NCBI GenBank assembly: GCA_030618105.1
Contig: JAUXED010000003.1
Location: forward strand, 1 to 54,445
DNA from: Bacteroidota bacterium
GTDB lineage: Bacteria; Bacteroidota; Bacteroidia; Bacteroidales; VadinHA17
Direction: 5' to 3'
DNA: 54,445 nucleotides
The notes below the pieces were generated by a model. The model saw nothing but the letters and a program-made list of their open reading frames with translations. It searched no databases and had not been told where the DNA came from. Position numbers and translations under genes: made by a program. Below are positions 38,813-49,585 of this stretch, one piece after another. Position 1 is the first letter of the stretch. Every line of letters starts with the position of its first letter.

Positions 38813-40252
38813 TTAATTACTCAAAGTTTTTTTTGCCCATTTAGCAGTATATTCAGTAATCATCTGAAGTGCCTTTTTCTTGTCAATTTCCCAGGTTTTT
38901 AAAACCTCTTTTTCAAAACCATCCTGATTTTTAAACAGATAATTTTCAATTGCATCAATCTCTGTTTTCTTTGTTTCAAAGAATTTTCCATAGTCACCGG
39001 TATTGACCTCAGATTCCTGGTAGTAATGCCAGTAGGCAAGTTCCGGTACAGGTGTATGAATATCGGGTGGGGGATTAAAATGTTCGATAATGGCCTGATC
39101 ATATGTATTTCGTCCAAAACCATCAGGAACTTTTGTAATTCCTGAATACCATGGTATAAAAGATTGAATACATGGTCTTCTTGGGGCAATCCATAATACA
39201 GCACCAATTTCAACAGGCATTTCACTCCGAAGCTGGGCAACAAAACCATACTGGTTTGTATTGGAACAGATACTTCTGATGTTACTCATATGTGGGTTCC
39301 GGTTATCAATGTTAAGGATTGTTCCTTCATAGTGATCACGTAATATTTTCATAAAGTCCCAAACCCCAATTTTTTTCTCAGGTTCAAATGAAAACGGGAA
39401 ATTATCTTCTACATCGTAATCAACTTCAGATAACATATTTATTCCTCTCCACATTCTGTAAATATTTGTTTTTGATTTTAGCGACCCGGAACTGGAATAC
39501 GCTTCACGGAAGTTAAAAGGTCCATTATCCGGATCATACCATTCCCTTTCAATCGCGTATTTAACAATATCTGCTGATCCAAGAAAATTCATGGTATCAG
39601 CAAGATCAATTTCCCCGATAGTATAGTAATTTGGGATAACGGCAATATGGTTATCAGGAATTCTTTGGGCTATCCAATGCTTGCCATTAACCACTGACAG
39701 CATCCATGCTTCATTGGGGCCGGCAATACAATATGTGCGTCCGGATGAAGTATAACCATAATTAGAAACAAGTTCTCCTCCAATTTTAACTGCTTCTCTT
39801 GCTGTTTTTGATCTTTCAGTCATTATTCTTCTAAGAGAATAACCAATACCTCCATCAGTGAATACTCCTTTGTTTTCGCGGGATGAACAAGCATCTGAAG
39901 CGATACAAACACCGTACTGATTAAGATACGAATCTGAAAAGTTCATCCCTGGTATTTCCAGCCACAGGTAACTATTGGTTTTCTCGGGTTGTAAGGAAAC
40001 ACCTCCATTTTTTAAATTTATCACCTCATTTGGTGAATGTATAAGTGATGGTACTTTATACCAGTTAACAACCTGTTTGCCGCCATCATCTTCATCATGT
40101 GCGAACATAACAGATCCATCAATGGTAGCTTCTCTTCCGGCCAATATTGAAAAACAATCAAATCCCTCATTGACTTTTTTAGTTGAACATCCTGAATTGA
40201 TCAATAAAAAGGCAAATATCAGAACCAGGTAACTAATAAGATTTCTTTTCAT
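38813..40252 (-). CDS. C69-family dipeptidase, lipoprotein
   Basis: 479 aa. Signal peptide with LINSGCS. Nucleophile region CFSILAGREATIDGSVMFAHDED. Confidence 0.85.
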   Translation of the reverse strand: MKRNLISYLVLIFAFLLINSGCSTKKVNEGFDCFSILAGREATIDGSVMFAHDEDDGGKQVVNWYKVPSLIHSPNEVINLKNGGVSLQPEKTNSYLWLEIPGMNFSDSYLNQYGVCIASDACSSRENKGVFTDGGIGYSLRRIMTERSKTAREAVKIGGELVSNYGYTSSGRTYCIAGPNEAWMLSVVNGKHWIAQRIPDNHIAVIPNYYTIGEIDLADTMNFLGSADIVKYAIEREWYDPDNGPFNFREAYSSSGSLKSKTNIYRMWRGINMLSEVDYDVEDNFPFSFEPEKKIGVWDFMKILRDHYEGTILNIDNRNPHMSNIRSICSNTNQYGFVAQLRSEMPVEIGAVLWIAPRRPCIQSFIPWYSGITKVPDGFGRNTYDQAIIEHFNPPPDIHTPVPELAYWHYYQESEVNTGDYGKFFETKKTEIDAIENYLFKNQDGFEKEVLKTWEIDKKKALQMITEYTAKWAKKTLSN

Positions 40253-40571
40253 ACGTTTAAATCATTTATGTTAGTGATAAGGTTACTTATATTTTCTACC
40301 TTTTTACAAGTTCTGTGGTATTTGTTACTCGCTCCCACAAATACCCATGGCGCAAACCCGCTCGTGAACTTCCATGTGAAAAAATCCGGATACTGCTGCA
40401 CAACCGTTAATTAATCATTTTTATTTGTGCATTAATAATACATGGAAGTTTCATTTTTACATTGTTTATCACGATCGCTAAAGTAGGAAGAAAAATAGTA
40501 ATTTAAATATATGGCAAAATTTGGAATATTTCTGATAACTCCGGAAAAATATTTATAATTTCGCATCCGGC

Positions 40572-41321
40572 ATGAATAATTTCCTTAATAGACATATTTA
40601 CGGAATTTTAGGAACAATAATAGTTCATCTTGTTATTGGTATCATATTTATGATAATAAAATTGTCAGTATCATACAGGGATACAGGAAAATATGTATGG
40701 ATTGAATTCGAGTCGCCGCGTGAGGAAAAAGTATTACAGATACAGGAACAAAAAGAAGAAGTGCAGGGCTATGATGAAGAGGAATACTGGACAACAATAG
40801 CAGCAAATTTGTCAAATGAGCCGGAAGAAGAATTTGATATTGAAAAATATATGGATAAGATAAAGGAGGAATTGATTGAAAGTGGAGATATTACGAAAGA
40901 AGACAATTATATTGATGACAGGAAACAGGTTGAAAAAGCACTCCAGGCGGGGATTACAAGTTTTATTGAAGATAAAAGAACTGAAGAAATAAAGAATGAA
41001 GTTGAAAAAACCTCTGCAGAAATTGCCGCCCAATACCGTGGTCCAACACGGATATATTACGAACTGGCAGGGCGGGTGCACAAAAATCTTCCCCTTCCAA
41101 TATATCTGTGCGAAGGTGCCGGAAAAGTTGTAGTGGATATTGAAGTTGACAGGAAAGGTTCAGTTGTGACTTCAGCTATTAATGAAAGCGAAACTGCTAT
41201 AGTTAATGAATGTTTGTACCAGGCAGCAAAAAAGGCTGCTTCACTTTCTGTTTTTAACACTGACTATTTAGCACCGAACAGGCAATCCGGAAAAATCACT
41301 TACCATTTTGCAGCACAATAG
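40572..41321 (+). CDS. TonB-C-terminal-like membrane-anchored protein
   Basis: 249 aa. N-terminal TM segment, acidic linker, and a C-terminal domain with GKVVVDIEVDRKGSV that resembles the TonB_C fold. Confidence 0.5.
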   Translation: MNNFLNRHIYGILGTIIVHLVIGIIFMIIKLSVSYRDTGKYVWIEFESPREEKVLQIQEQKEEVQGYDEEEYWTTIAANLSNEPEEEFDIEKYMDKIKEELIESGDITKEDNYIDDRKQVEKALQAGITSFIEDKRTEEIKNEVEKTSAEIAAQYRGPTRIYYELAGRVHKNLPLPIYLCEGAGKVVVDIEVDRKGSVVTSAINESETAIVNECLYQAAKKAASLSVFNTDYLAPNRQSGKITYHFAAQ

Positions 41322-41562
41322 GGATTAGTGGAGCAAAGAGCGGAGTGCAGCAAATACAGGTTCCCCTTTAAGATAAATATAGTAAGGGATACTCTTATTA
41401 TTTCTTTTACAATATTTACATTGATGGTAAAGCACATAATAATTGGAAATATTGATTCATCTGAACTCTGCGACGGGTAGTAAAAAAGCTAAAAAAAAAT
41501 CATCTTCGGACTACGGATTAATTCGATACCTCTTTTATTCAGGGGAAAAAAATAAAATACAC

Positions 41563-41699
41563 CTAGTGTCATGTCAAACTTGTTTTGACGGTTGAAGAAT
41601 AGTTGGCAAAAGGCAAATGGCAGTTGGCAATGATGTTAGCAGTGGAGTATTATTTGCCAACTAAACATTTACGACATATTAAGATTGACATAACACTAG
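41563..41699. repeat. Inverted-repeat-bounded element with GGCAA arrays (MITE-like or long hairpin)
   Basis: ctagtgtcatgtcaa (41563-41577) matches the reverse complement of ttgacataacactag (41685-41699) at 14 of 15 positions. The interior contains gttggcaaaaggcaaatggcagttggcaat. Lies between convergent genes. Confidence 0.6.
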
Positions 41700-41711
41700 T
41701 TGGCACTTATG

Positions 41712-42488
41712 TCAGTCAGCCCAGAATTTATCTTTCAAAGAATTGGCAACAGGCTTAAGATAAGAAGGTATAACACTATACAACTTATTGAAATCAGGCA
41801 AAACATCTTTATTGGTAGAAAGATCTGTAACGTCTTCAGGTGGAGGAGGAATATGACACTGACCAATAAACGGTAATAATGCCCAGGGATCTGTATTTTC
41901 CTTAAATTGTGAAACTAATTCAAGGGCTATTATATTATAAATGACAGGATTCCTATAATCTTTAGAACTACGAATTTTTCGAACTTCTTCTTTGATCCAG
42001 GCATTTGAGACCTGATTTTGAACCAGATCAACTTTTTCAACAATTTCTCTTAATTTATCATTTTTAAGATTACCGAAATGTTTATAATATCCTTCATACT
42101 TTTTATCCGGAGCATTGAATTCCCATTGCTCACCAAGCAGATCAAGAAAATAGAAAGAGGTGGTATGGCATATTATTTCTGATAACCAGCTTATGGCTCT
42201 TGGGTCACAGTATATATGACAAAGTTCATGCGCAAACTGATAAGTTGCTTTTCCAAAAGTATCAAACTCAGTTTGCAAACCAATTTTGTATTTATCTGTT
42301 TCAAGAGGTATATAAAGTCTGTGATCATAATACATGTCATGTACCAGATAAATAGGTTTATACCCAAGTGGTGGCCCCGTTGGTATTAACCTTTCAAATT
42401 CACTGGCAATTTGATCAATAGCCAGTGCAATGGTCTTATTATATTCATTATTGTCCCAAAGATTGTAATGTATTTCCCAGTTCATATT
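41712..42488 (-). CDS. Hypothetical HExxH-motif protein (putative metallopeptidase-like)
   Basis: About 258 aa from MNWEIHYNLW. Contains QFAHELCHIY (HExxH). The ORF-track extension to 42638 runs through a terminator hairpin and is rejected. Confidence 0.6.
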   Translation of the reverse strand, partial: NMNWEIHYNLWDNNEYNKTIALAIDQIASEFERLIPTGPPLGYKPIYLVHDMYYDHRLYIPLETDKYKIGLQTEFDTFGKATYQFAHELCHIYCDPRAISWLSEIICHTTSFYFLDLLGEQWEFNAPDKKYEGYYKHFGNLKNDKLREIVEKVDLVQNQVSNAWIKEEVRKIRSSKDYRNPVIYNIIALELVSQFKENTDPWALLPFIGQCHIPPPPEDVTDLSTNKDVLPDFNKLYSVIPSYLKPVANSLKDKFWAD

Positions 42489-42590
42489 GTTATTTTTATA
42501 ATTAAATATACAAATAATATACGAAAACACAAAGTTTATGATGAATCTTTTGAGGTAATTTAATTTGGACAGGAAATATATGATGTTATT

Positions 42591-42633
42591 AAAAACACAA
42601 ATGGGAACATCTTCGTTTGAAGAATGTTCCCAT
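42591..42633 (-). terminator. Intrinsic terminator of the ncRNA candidate
   Basis: atgggaacat/atgttcccat 10-bp stem, extended by cttc/gaag after a 1-nt bulge, with a 4-nt loop. Followed on the minus strand by ttgtgttttt. Confidence 0.7.
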
Positions 42634-43090
42634 TTCACTTTTTGATTCCCGTAGGTTTCGCAAGTGCCAAGCTACGGTTATTATGGTTTTTGTCTGTCCA
42701 ACTTGCTCCTTTCAGTTCAAGTCTTTTTTACATCTGAACCGGTCATTGGTCCCCTCCGAAGAGTTTCGCATCCACCAGTTCTGGCTTTTTAAAGGTCCCT
42801 TTAAAACCTGGTTCTTTCGAACCCGACTCTGAAGAGTTTAACCTGTACCTGATCGCCTCCTAAGAGTTGATCTTTCCAGGTCCACCTTTTTAGGTCACTT
42901 TCGGGAGAGCTTCACAAACCGTTTTCCAGATCAAGTATTTTGCGGTTTTACCCGTTTCGTACTCTTGCTTTCTTCAAGCTGATCCGGTTGGCCTGGTTAC
43001 CTTTCCCTGAGTGGGCTCTGCTACCGATTAGCCTAAGCTTCTCTTTCACAGATCCAAACCTTTCAAGCCTACCTTTTATCTCTAACTTGG
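42591..43090 (-). ncRNA. Candidate ~500-nt structured non-coding RNA (family unknown)
   Basis: ORF-free, and by eye more G+C-rich than its flanks. Bounded by a Bacteroidota-type promoter and an intrinsic terminator. Many local helices with GNRA/UUCG-type loops (see findings). No RNase P, tmRNA or SRP signature recognised. Confidence 0.55.
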
Positions 43091-43095
43091 TAGAT

Positions 43096-43126
43096 CAAAT
43101 ATAGAAATTTGCATCTTTCCTTCCAA
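43096..43126 (-). promoter_or_regulatory. Bacteroidota-type promoter (-33 TTG / -7 TAnnTTTG)
   Basis: On the minus strand: TTG (43126-43124), a 20-nt spacer, then TATATTTG (43103-43096). Confidence 0.55.
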
Positions 43127-43346
43127 TTCTTTTATTGAAATACAATAAACAAAGAATTAACAACAGTTGTTAACAATTGTTAATAACACATTTTACTTAT
43201 TTTATGCAGTTGTGTTTGCATCTTAAAAGTTGTATAATGAGATAAATATAGAGTATTTAAGGACTGGTGACATAAGATAATCTCATCAAAATATTTGCGA
43301 ATAATAAATTTTAATATATATCTTTACCCGCTTAAAAAAAAAATCA

Positions 43347-44861
<1,515 letters not shown>

Positions 44862-44898
44862 CTACACTTTTAAATACACAATAATTTAAAGGAACTCT

Positions 44899-45402
44899 AT
44901 GGAAATTATTGTAAACAAGAAGAATAAAGAAGTTAAGATACTTGAACGACAAGCAAATAATTTGTTAGTGATTGTTGATAATAAAAAGTATCATGTTGAT
45001 GTTAAAAAGATAGATAAGGATACTTATTCTTTATTATACAAAGGAAAATCGTACGATCTGAAGGTTGTATCTGAATATGATAAGAGAAAGTATTCTGTTA
45101 AACATCAGTTCAACCATTACGAGGTTGAAATTATGGATTCTGTAGCCCGTTACAGAAAAAACAGAGGGAATAATGATATTGAAGAAGATCAAAGTTCTAT
45201 CTCCTCTCCTATGCCGGGCAAAGTTGTGAAAATTCCTATTGAGGTTGGTGATAACGTCGAGTCAGGGCAAACGCTCATAATAATCTCGGCAATGAAAATG
45301 GAAAGTGAATATAAGGCAAAGAAAAACGGAAAAGTAAAAGAAATACTTACAACAGAAGGCGCTATAATTGAAGGTAACCAGTCTTTAATCCTTCTTGAAT
45401 AA
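44899..45402 (+). CDS. Biotin carboxyl carrier (biotinyl-domain) protein
   Basis: 167 aa. C-terminal biotinyl domain with SPMPGKV and the AMKME biotinylation motif. Confidence 0.85.
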   Translation: MEIIVNKKNKEVKILERQANNLLVIVDNKKYHVDVKKIDKDTYSLLYKGKSYDLKVVSEYDKRKYSVKHQFNHYEVEIMDSVARYRKNRGNNDIEEDQSSISSPMPGKVVKIPIEVGDNVESGQTLIIISAMKMESEYKAKKNGKVKEILTTEGAIIEGNQSLILLE

Positions 45403-45521
45403 CCTGTTGTCCTGATTTGATAAAATTTTCTTTATTTTTTGTTTCTTTATTTGCCGGGCAATTGCCCTTATAGAATTTTTAATTTTATTCTTTAACATAT
45501 ATACAGTAAAATTTTCCCACT

Positions 45522-47057
45522 ATGTCAACACACGAGGAGAAATATAAGGAATTTGAAAAAAGAAAAAATGCTGCGGAACTGGGAGGAGGCATTGAAAGAA
45601 TTGAAAAGCAACATAAAATTGGAAAGAAAACTGCAAGAGAAAGAATCGATATTTTGCTCGATCCGGGCACTTTCACCGAAACAGACCGGATGGTAATACA
45701 TCGTACCAGAGATTTCGATATGGATAAAAAAAAGATTCCTGGTGATGGTATAGTAACAGGGTATGGAAAAATTGATGGCAGGTTGGTTTATGTTTTTGCC
45801 CAGGATTTTACTGTATTTGGAGGAACTCTTTCAAGGACAAATGCTGATAAAGTTGTGAAACTTATGGATCTTGCCTTAAAAATGGGAGCTCCGGTGATAG
45901 GTCTTAATGATTCAGGTGGTGCCAGAATTCAGGAAGGTGTTCAGAGTTTAGGAGGATATGCTGATATTTTCTATCGTAATGTGATCAGTTCAGGTGTTAT
46001 ACCACAGATATCTGCTATAATGGGGCCATGTGCCGGTGGGGCTGTCTACTCTCCTGCCCTTACAGATTTCATATTTATGGTTAGAAAAACAAGTTACATG
46101 TTCGTTACCGGACCTGATGTTATAAAAACTGTTACTCATGAGGAGGTTACAAAGAATGAACTGGGTGGAGCAATGACTCATAATTCAAAAAGCGGAGTTG
46201 CACATTTTATTGCTGATGATGATGAACAGGTTCTGATGATGATAAGAGAATTGATTGGATTTATACCGTCAAATAATATGGAGGATCCGCCAGAAAAGAA
46301 ATGTACTGACGATATTAAACGGGAAGATGAATTTCTTCAAAAACTTGTCCCTGTAGATCCTAATAAACCTTATGATATGAAAGAGCTTATCACTACAATT
46401 GCAGATGATAAGGATTTTTTAGAAGTCATGCCTCTTTATGCACAAAATATTATTACGGGGTTCGTCAGGCTTAATGGTAAGCCGGTAGGAATAGTTGCTA
46501 ATCAACCATCTGTACAGGCAGGTGTACTGGATATTAACGCCTCAACAAAAGGAGCACGCTTTGTAAGATTTTGTGATGCATTCAATATCCCTCTGGTAAC
46601 TTTTGAGGATGTTCCTGGTTTCCTGCCCGGGACAACACAAGAATTTGGAGGGATTATTCGCAATGGGGCAAAGTTGATATATGCTTTTTCAGAGGCAACT
46701 GTACCTAAGGTTACATTAATTACAAGAAAAGCATATGGAGGTGCGTATTGTGTAATGTCAAGCAAACACCTTGGAGCAGATGTAAACTATGCTTATCCAA
46801 TGGCAGAAATTGCTGTAATGGGTCCTGATGGAGCTGTAAATGTTTTATTTCGTAATAAATTGGATGCCGAAAAATCTGATCTTGTAGATGAATACAAGGC
46901 AAACTTTGCTAATCCATATAAAGCAGCTGAACTTGGATATCTGGATGAAATTATATACCCGAAACAAACCAGATTTAAGCTAATTCAGGCTCTCGAAATG
47001 GCTGCAAATAAAGTAAAATCAAATCCTCCGAAAAAACATGGTAATATCCCCCTGTAA
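45522..47057 (+). CDS. Acyl-CoA carboxylase carboxyltransferase (PccB/methylmalonyl-CoA carboxyltransferase-like)
   Basis: 511 aa. Typical carboxyl_trans family blocks ([46 protein letters not shown]). Confidence 0.9.
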   Translation: MSTHEEKYKEFEKRKNAAELGGGIERIEKQHKIGKKTARERIDILLDPGTFTETDRMVIHRTRDFDMDKKKIPGDGIVTGYGKIDGRLVYVFAQDFTVFGGTLSRTNADKVVKLMDLALKMGAPVIGLNDSGGARIQEGVQSLGGYADIFYRNVISSGVIPQISAIMGPCAGGAVYSPALTDFIFMVRKTSYMFVTGPDVIKTVTHEEVTKNELGGAMTHNSKSGVAHFIADDDEQVLMMIRELIGFIPSNNMEDPPEKKCTDDIKREDEFLQKLVPVDPNKPYDMKELITTIADDKDFLEVMPLYAQNIITGFVRLNGKPVGIVANQPSVQAGVLDINASTKGARFVRFCDAFNIPLVTFEDVPGFLPGTTQEFGGIIRNGAKLIYAFSEATVPKVTLITRKAYGGAYCVMSSKHLGADVNYAYPMAEIAVMGPDGAVNVLFRNKLDAEKSDLVDEYKANFANPYKAAELGYLDEIIYPKQTRFKLIQALEMAANKVKSNPPKKHGNIPL

Positions 47058-47441
47058 TCAGCGCTACCGTGTTAACTAAACTTTTCTTATCCAGTACTGG
47101 AAATATCATCCAAAAATATCAACTACTTCCATAATAGCAGAAAACAATGATTAATAACTGGAAAAATAATGGATGGATTTTGCCGGTTTTAAAAAGAAAA
47201 AATGAGGTTCACAATCCTGGAAACTAAGCACCCTTATTTTGATGCAATGAAAGTGAATTAAATGAAGATAATAAACCAACAACTAAACCTAAAATTAAGA
47301 GAAGAGTAACGGATTAGAACCTCATTTTCATTTTCAAAGATAATAAAATATTTTTCTATAAAAAAAATCTTTTAGGTTTTTTTTTTAAAATAATGACAAA
47401 TTCTTTTTTCCTTTATTTTTTTTATTGAAGAAATAAAATAT

Positions 47442-48869
47442 ATGGTTGGTTATTTATTTCGAAGATTTTTTTTCCTTCTGGTAATCGTTATAACATATAC
47501 ACCTGTTATTGCTCAGGTTCAGGACAGCATAATAAGTTCACGGAAGGATATGAATGTTGACGAGTTAAATAAAAAACTTCTGGATGCTGCTTACGTGGGA
47601 AATGATGCTAGTGTATTAAAATTTTTGGAAGCAGGAGCTGATCCGAATACTTCAATGTGGAATGGAATTACCCCACTTATGTTTGCTGCTGATAATGGAT
47701 TCCTGAAAACAGCTAAAATCCTTGTTTTGAATGGAGCTGATGTAAATAAAAAGCCCGAAAACCAGGTTTCAGCTTTGGTTAATGCTGCTTTTAATAATAA
47801 CATGGACATTGCAGAATTATTAATAAGACATGAAGCAGATATTAATGATACGGATAGTTATGGAATCTCTTCTTTGATATATGCAGCTGCTTATAATTAT
47901 TACGTCTTATGCGATATGCTATTGTATTATGAAATAAATATCGAAATACAGGATAAAGATGGAACAAATGCTGTAATGGCAGCTACTGTTGTTGGTAATT
48001 ATGATATAGTAAAACTACTCCTTGATAACGGGGCTCAGGTAAACAATACTGATCATGAGGGGTACACAGCACTGATGATGGCAGCTCAGAATGGTGATAC
48101 CAGCATGATTAATCTTTTTCTCAATCACCATGCTGAACCGGATCACGTAAATAAATATGGATTATCTGCTTTACATGTTGCTATAAAAAACGGACATCTG
48201 GAGGCAGTCAGGATATTGGTGAACTATGGTGCAGAGATTTTACTACATGATAACACAAGATATACACCATATGTACTTGCTAAAAAATCCGGTAACAGGG
48301 AAATGAAAAAATATTTATCATCCCTGAAAGTTAAGAAAACATTCAAGCCAACCATCGACAGGTTATTTCTATCTCCCTGTTTTAAACTAAATACCGGTGA
48401 TTTGTTTTTTGGAAGTGAGATAGGTATTATTGATGAAAATCTGGAAATCGGTTTACAATTTGGCTATTTTTCCCGCACTTTTCCAAAACGAATTCTTATT
48501 AAATCAGACGAAAACATTTCTTTTCAGTATTGGGAGAACAGGACAAACCTTGAATTTGGAATTAATAAATATCTGCATCTTTCAAATCTTGCTTCAGGAG
48601 CATCTGTTGATGTTTATGCATTTAGCAAATTTGTTTATTCATTTGGCGGAAAATATCCGGGATCAGATCAAAAGGCAAAGTCTGTTACAAAAGTTGTTCC
48701 CGGTTTTGGAATTTGCTGGGGTCAGAAGTTATTTAAATTTAATTTGGGTTATGAATATTTTAATACTGGTATTGAACCAGCAAAGAAGCATTGGATAAAC
48801 CTTGGGGTTTCTGTGAACTTATATTTACATAAAAAAGAACTTCGGGATAAAGTAATTGAATGGTATTGA
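47442..48869 (+). CDS. Exported ankyrin-repeat protein with C-terminal beta-rich (barrel-like) domain
   Basis: 475 aa with a signal peptide. At least six ANK repeats (G.TPLMFAA..G....A..L...GADVN pattern). The last ~170 aa show alternating hydrophobic beta-strand patterns and end in an aromatic residue. Confidence 0.8.
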   Translation: MVGYLFRRFFFLLVIVITYTPVIAQVQDSIISSRKDMNVDELNKKLLDAAYVGNDASVLKFLEAGADPNTSMWNGITPLMFAADNGFLKTAKILVLNGADVNKKPENQVSALVNAAFNNNMDIAELLIRHEADINDTDSYGISSLIYAAAYNYYVLCDMLLYYEINIEIQDKDGTNAVMAATVVGNYDIVKLLLDNGAQVNNTDHEGYTALMMAAQNGDTSMINLFLNHHAEPDHVNKYGLSALHVAIKNGHLEAVRILVNYGAEILLHDNTRYTPYVLAKKSGNREMKKYLSSLKVKKTFKPTIDRLFLSPCFKLNTGDLFFGSEIGIIDENLEIGLQFGYFSRTFPKRILIKSDENISFQYWENRTNLEFGINKYLHLSNLASGASVDVYAFSKFVYSFGGKYPGSDQKAKSVTKVVPGFGICWGQKLFKFNLGYEYFNTGIEPAKKHWINLGVSVNLYLHKKELRDKVIEWY

Positions 48870-48880
48870 TCAATAAAAAA

Positions 48881-49003
48881 GTTGGCAGTTGGCAATTAGC
48901 AGTTGGCAGTCGGCAAAGAACAATCAACAGTCGGCCCGCCCGTACCGAACGCCCGCCTGACCGGACGGGCAGGGTACGTTTGGGCGGGCAGTCGGCAGTC
49001 GAC
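48881..49003. repeat. GGCAGT arrays flanking a very GC-rich nested hairpin
   Basis: gttggcagttggcaattagcagttggcagtcggc. Then gcccgcccgtaccgaacgcccgcctgaccggacgggcagggtacgtttgggcgggc (48934-48989). Then cagtcggcagtcgac. Confidence 0.7.
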
Positions 49004-49031
49004 AAAACTGAATATTTACAATAAACTGAGT

Positions 49032-49472
49032 ATGAAAAAGAAAATAGTAATGTTATTTTTGGTTTTATTTCCGGTAATGGCAAGTCTTATACTTTCTTGT
49101 GATGAAAAGTTTAACTTTCTTGAAGTAAATTGTTCTGATTGCTATCGTATTAAGCCTGATAGTGGTGAACTAATAATTCAATTAACTATAAATGATGAAA
49201 ACCCTGAGGTTCCAATAGCAATTTACAGGGACAGAATAGAAGCCGGCCGGATAAGAATAAGAGATACTGTTTCTGAGAAAACAGTTTATATAGAAGTTCC
49301 ATTGAATCATTATTATTCTGTTAAAGCTGAATATAAGGTTGGTAATGATTCGGTTTTTGCTGTTGATGGTGATAGAATTAAAACTCATCGTGTTACTGAC
49401 CAGTGCGATACTATTTGCTGGATTATCAAAGGTGGCAGATATGACCTGAGGATAAAAGACAACGTGCCTTAG
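49032..49472 (+). CDS. Small lipoprotein, hypothetical
   Basis: About 146 aa from MKKKIVMLFLVLFPVMASLILSC. The ORF-track TTG start at 48903 lies inside the repeat and is rejected. Confidence 0.55.
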   Translation: MKKKIVMLFLVLFPVMASLILSCDEKFNFLEVNCSDCYRIKPDSGELIIQLTINDENPEVPIAIYRDRIEAGRIRIRDTVSEKTVYIEVPLNHYYSVKAEYKVGNDSVFAVDGDRIKTHRVTDQCDTICWIIKGGRYDLRIKDNVP

Positions 49473-49482
49473 TAGTTCAAGA

Positions 49483-49549
49483 AGTTTAAAGTGACTAAAG
49501 TTTAAAGTGACTAAAGTTGAGAAGAAGTTATAACTTTAGTCACTTTTTT
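49483..49549. terminator. Bidirectional terminator hairpin within tandem 16-mers (left copy of an inverted repeat pair)
   Basis: tttaaagtgactaaag occurs twice (49485-49516). A 13-14 bp stem aagtgactaaagtt/aactttagtcactt spans 49505-49545, followed by a T run. Lies between convergent genes. Confidence 0.7.
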
Positions 49550-49585
49550 AATTAGATTAAGGAATTCGCCTTACGATGTGTTAAT

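Noticed and set aside
42489-42638. N-terminal 50-aa extension of the HExxH ORF
   Set aside because: The extension runs through a strong terminator hairpin (42601-42633) and has an Ile/Phe/Asn-rich junk-like sequence. The internal Met (MNWEIHY) is the more plausible start.
42617-42832. 71-aa plus-strand ORF inside the ncRNA candidate
   Set aside because: It has no start context or motifs. The region shows dense minus-strand helices bounded by a promoter and a terminator. It remains the main alternative explanation and is listed as a refutation route.
42591-43090. Identity of the RNA candidate as RNase P RNA, tmRNA, SRP RNA, 6S RNA or a group II intron
   Set aside because: I could not find the RNase P GGAAAGUCCGG or ACAGAA blocks, a tmRNA tRNA-like 3' end or tag ORF, the SRP GGAA-loop domain IV, or a group II 5' GUGYG with domain V. 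This is by-eye inspection only, so Rfam scanning is still required.
48760-49083. 107-aa minus ORF and the TTG-started extension of 48903..49472 across the GC-rich repeat
   Set aside because: Both are read-throughs of the GGCAGT arrays and the GC-rich hairpin. The real gene starts at the lipoprotein signal MKKKIVM (49032).
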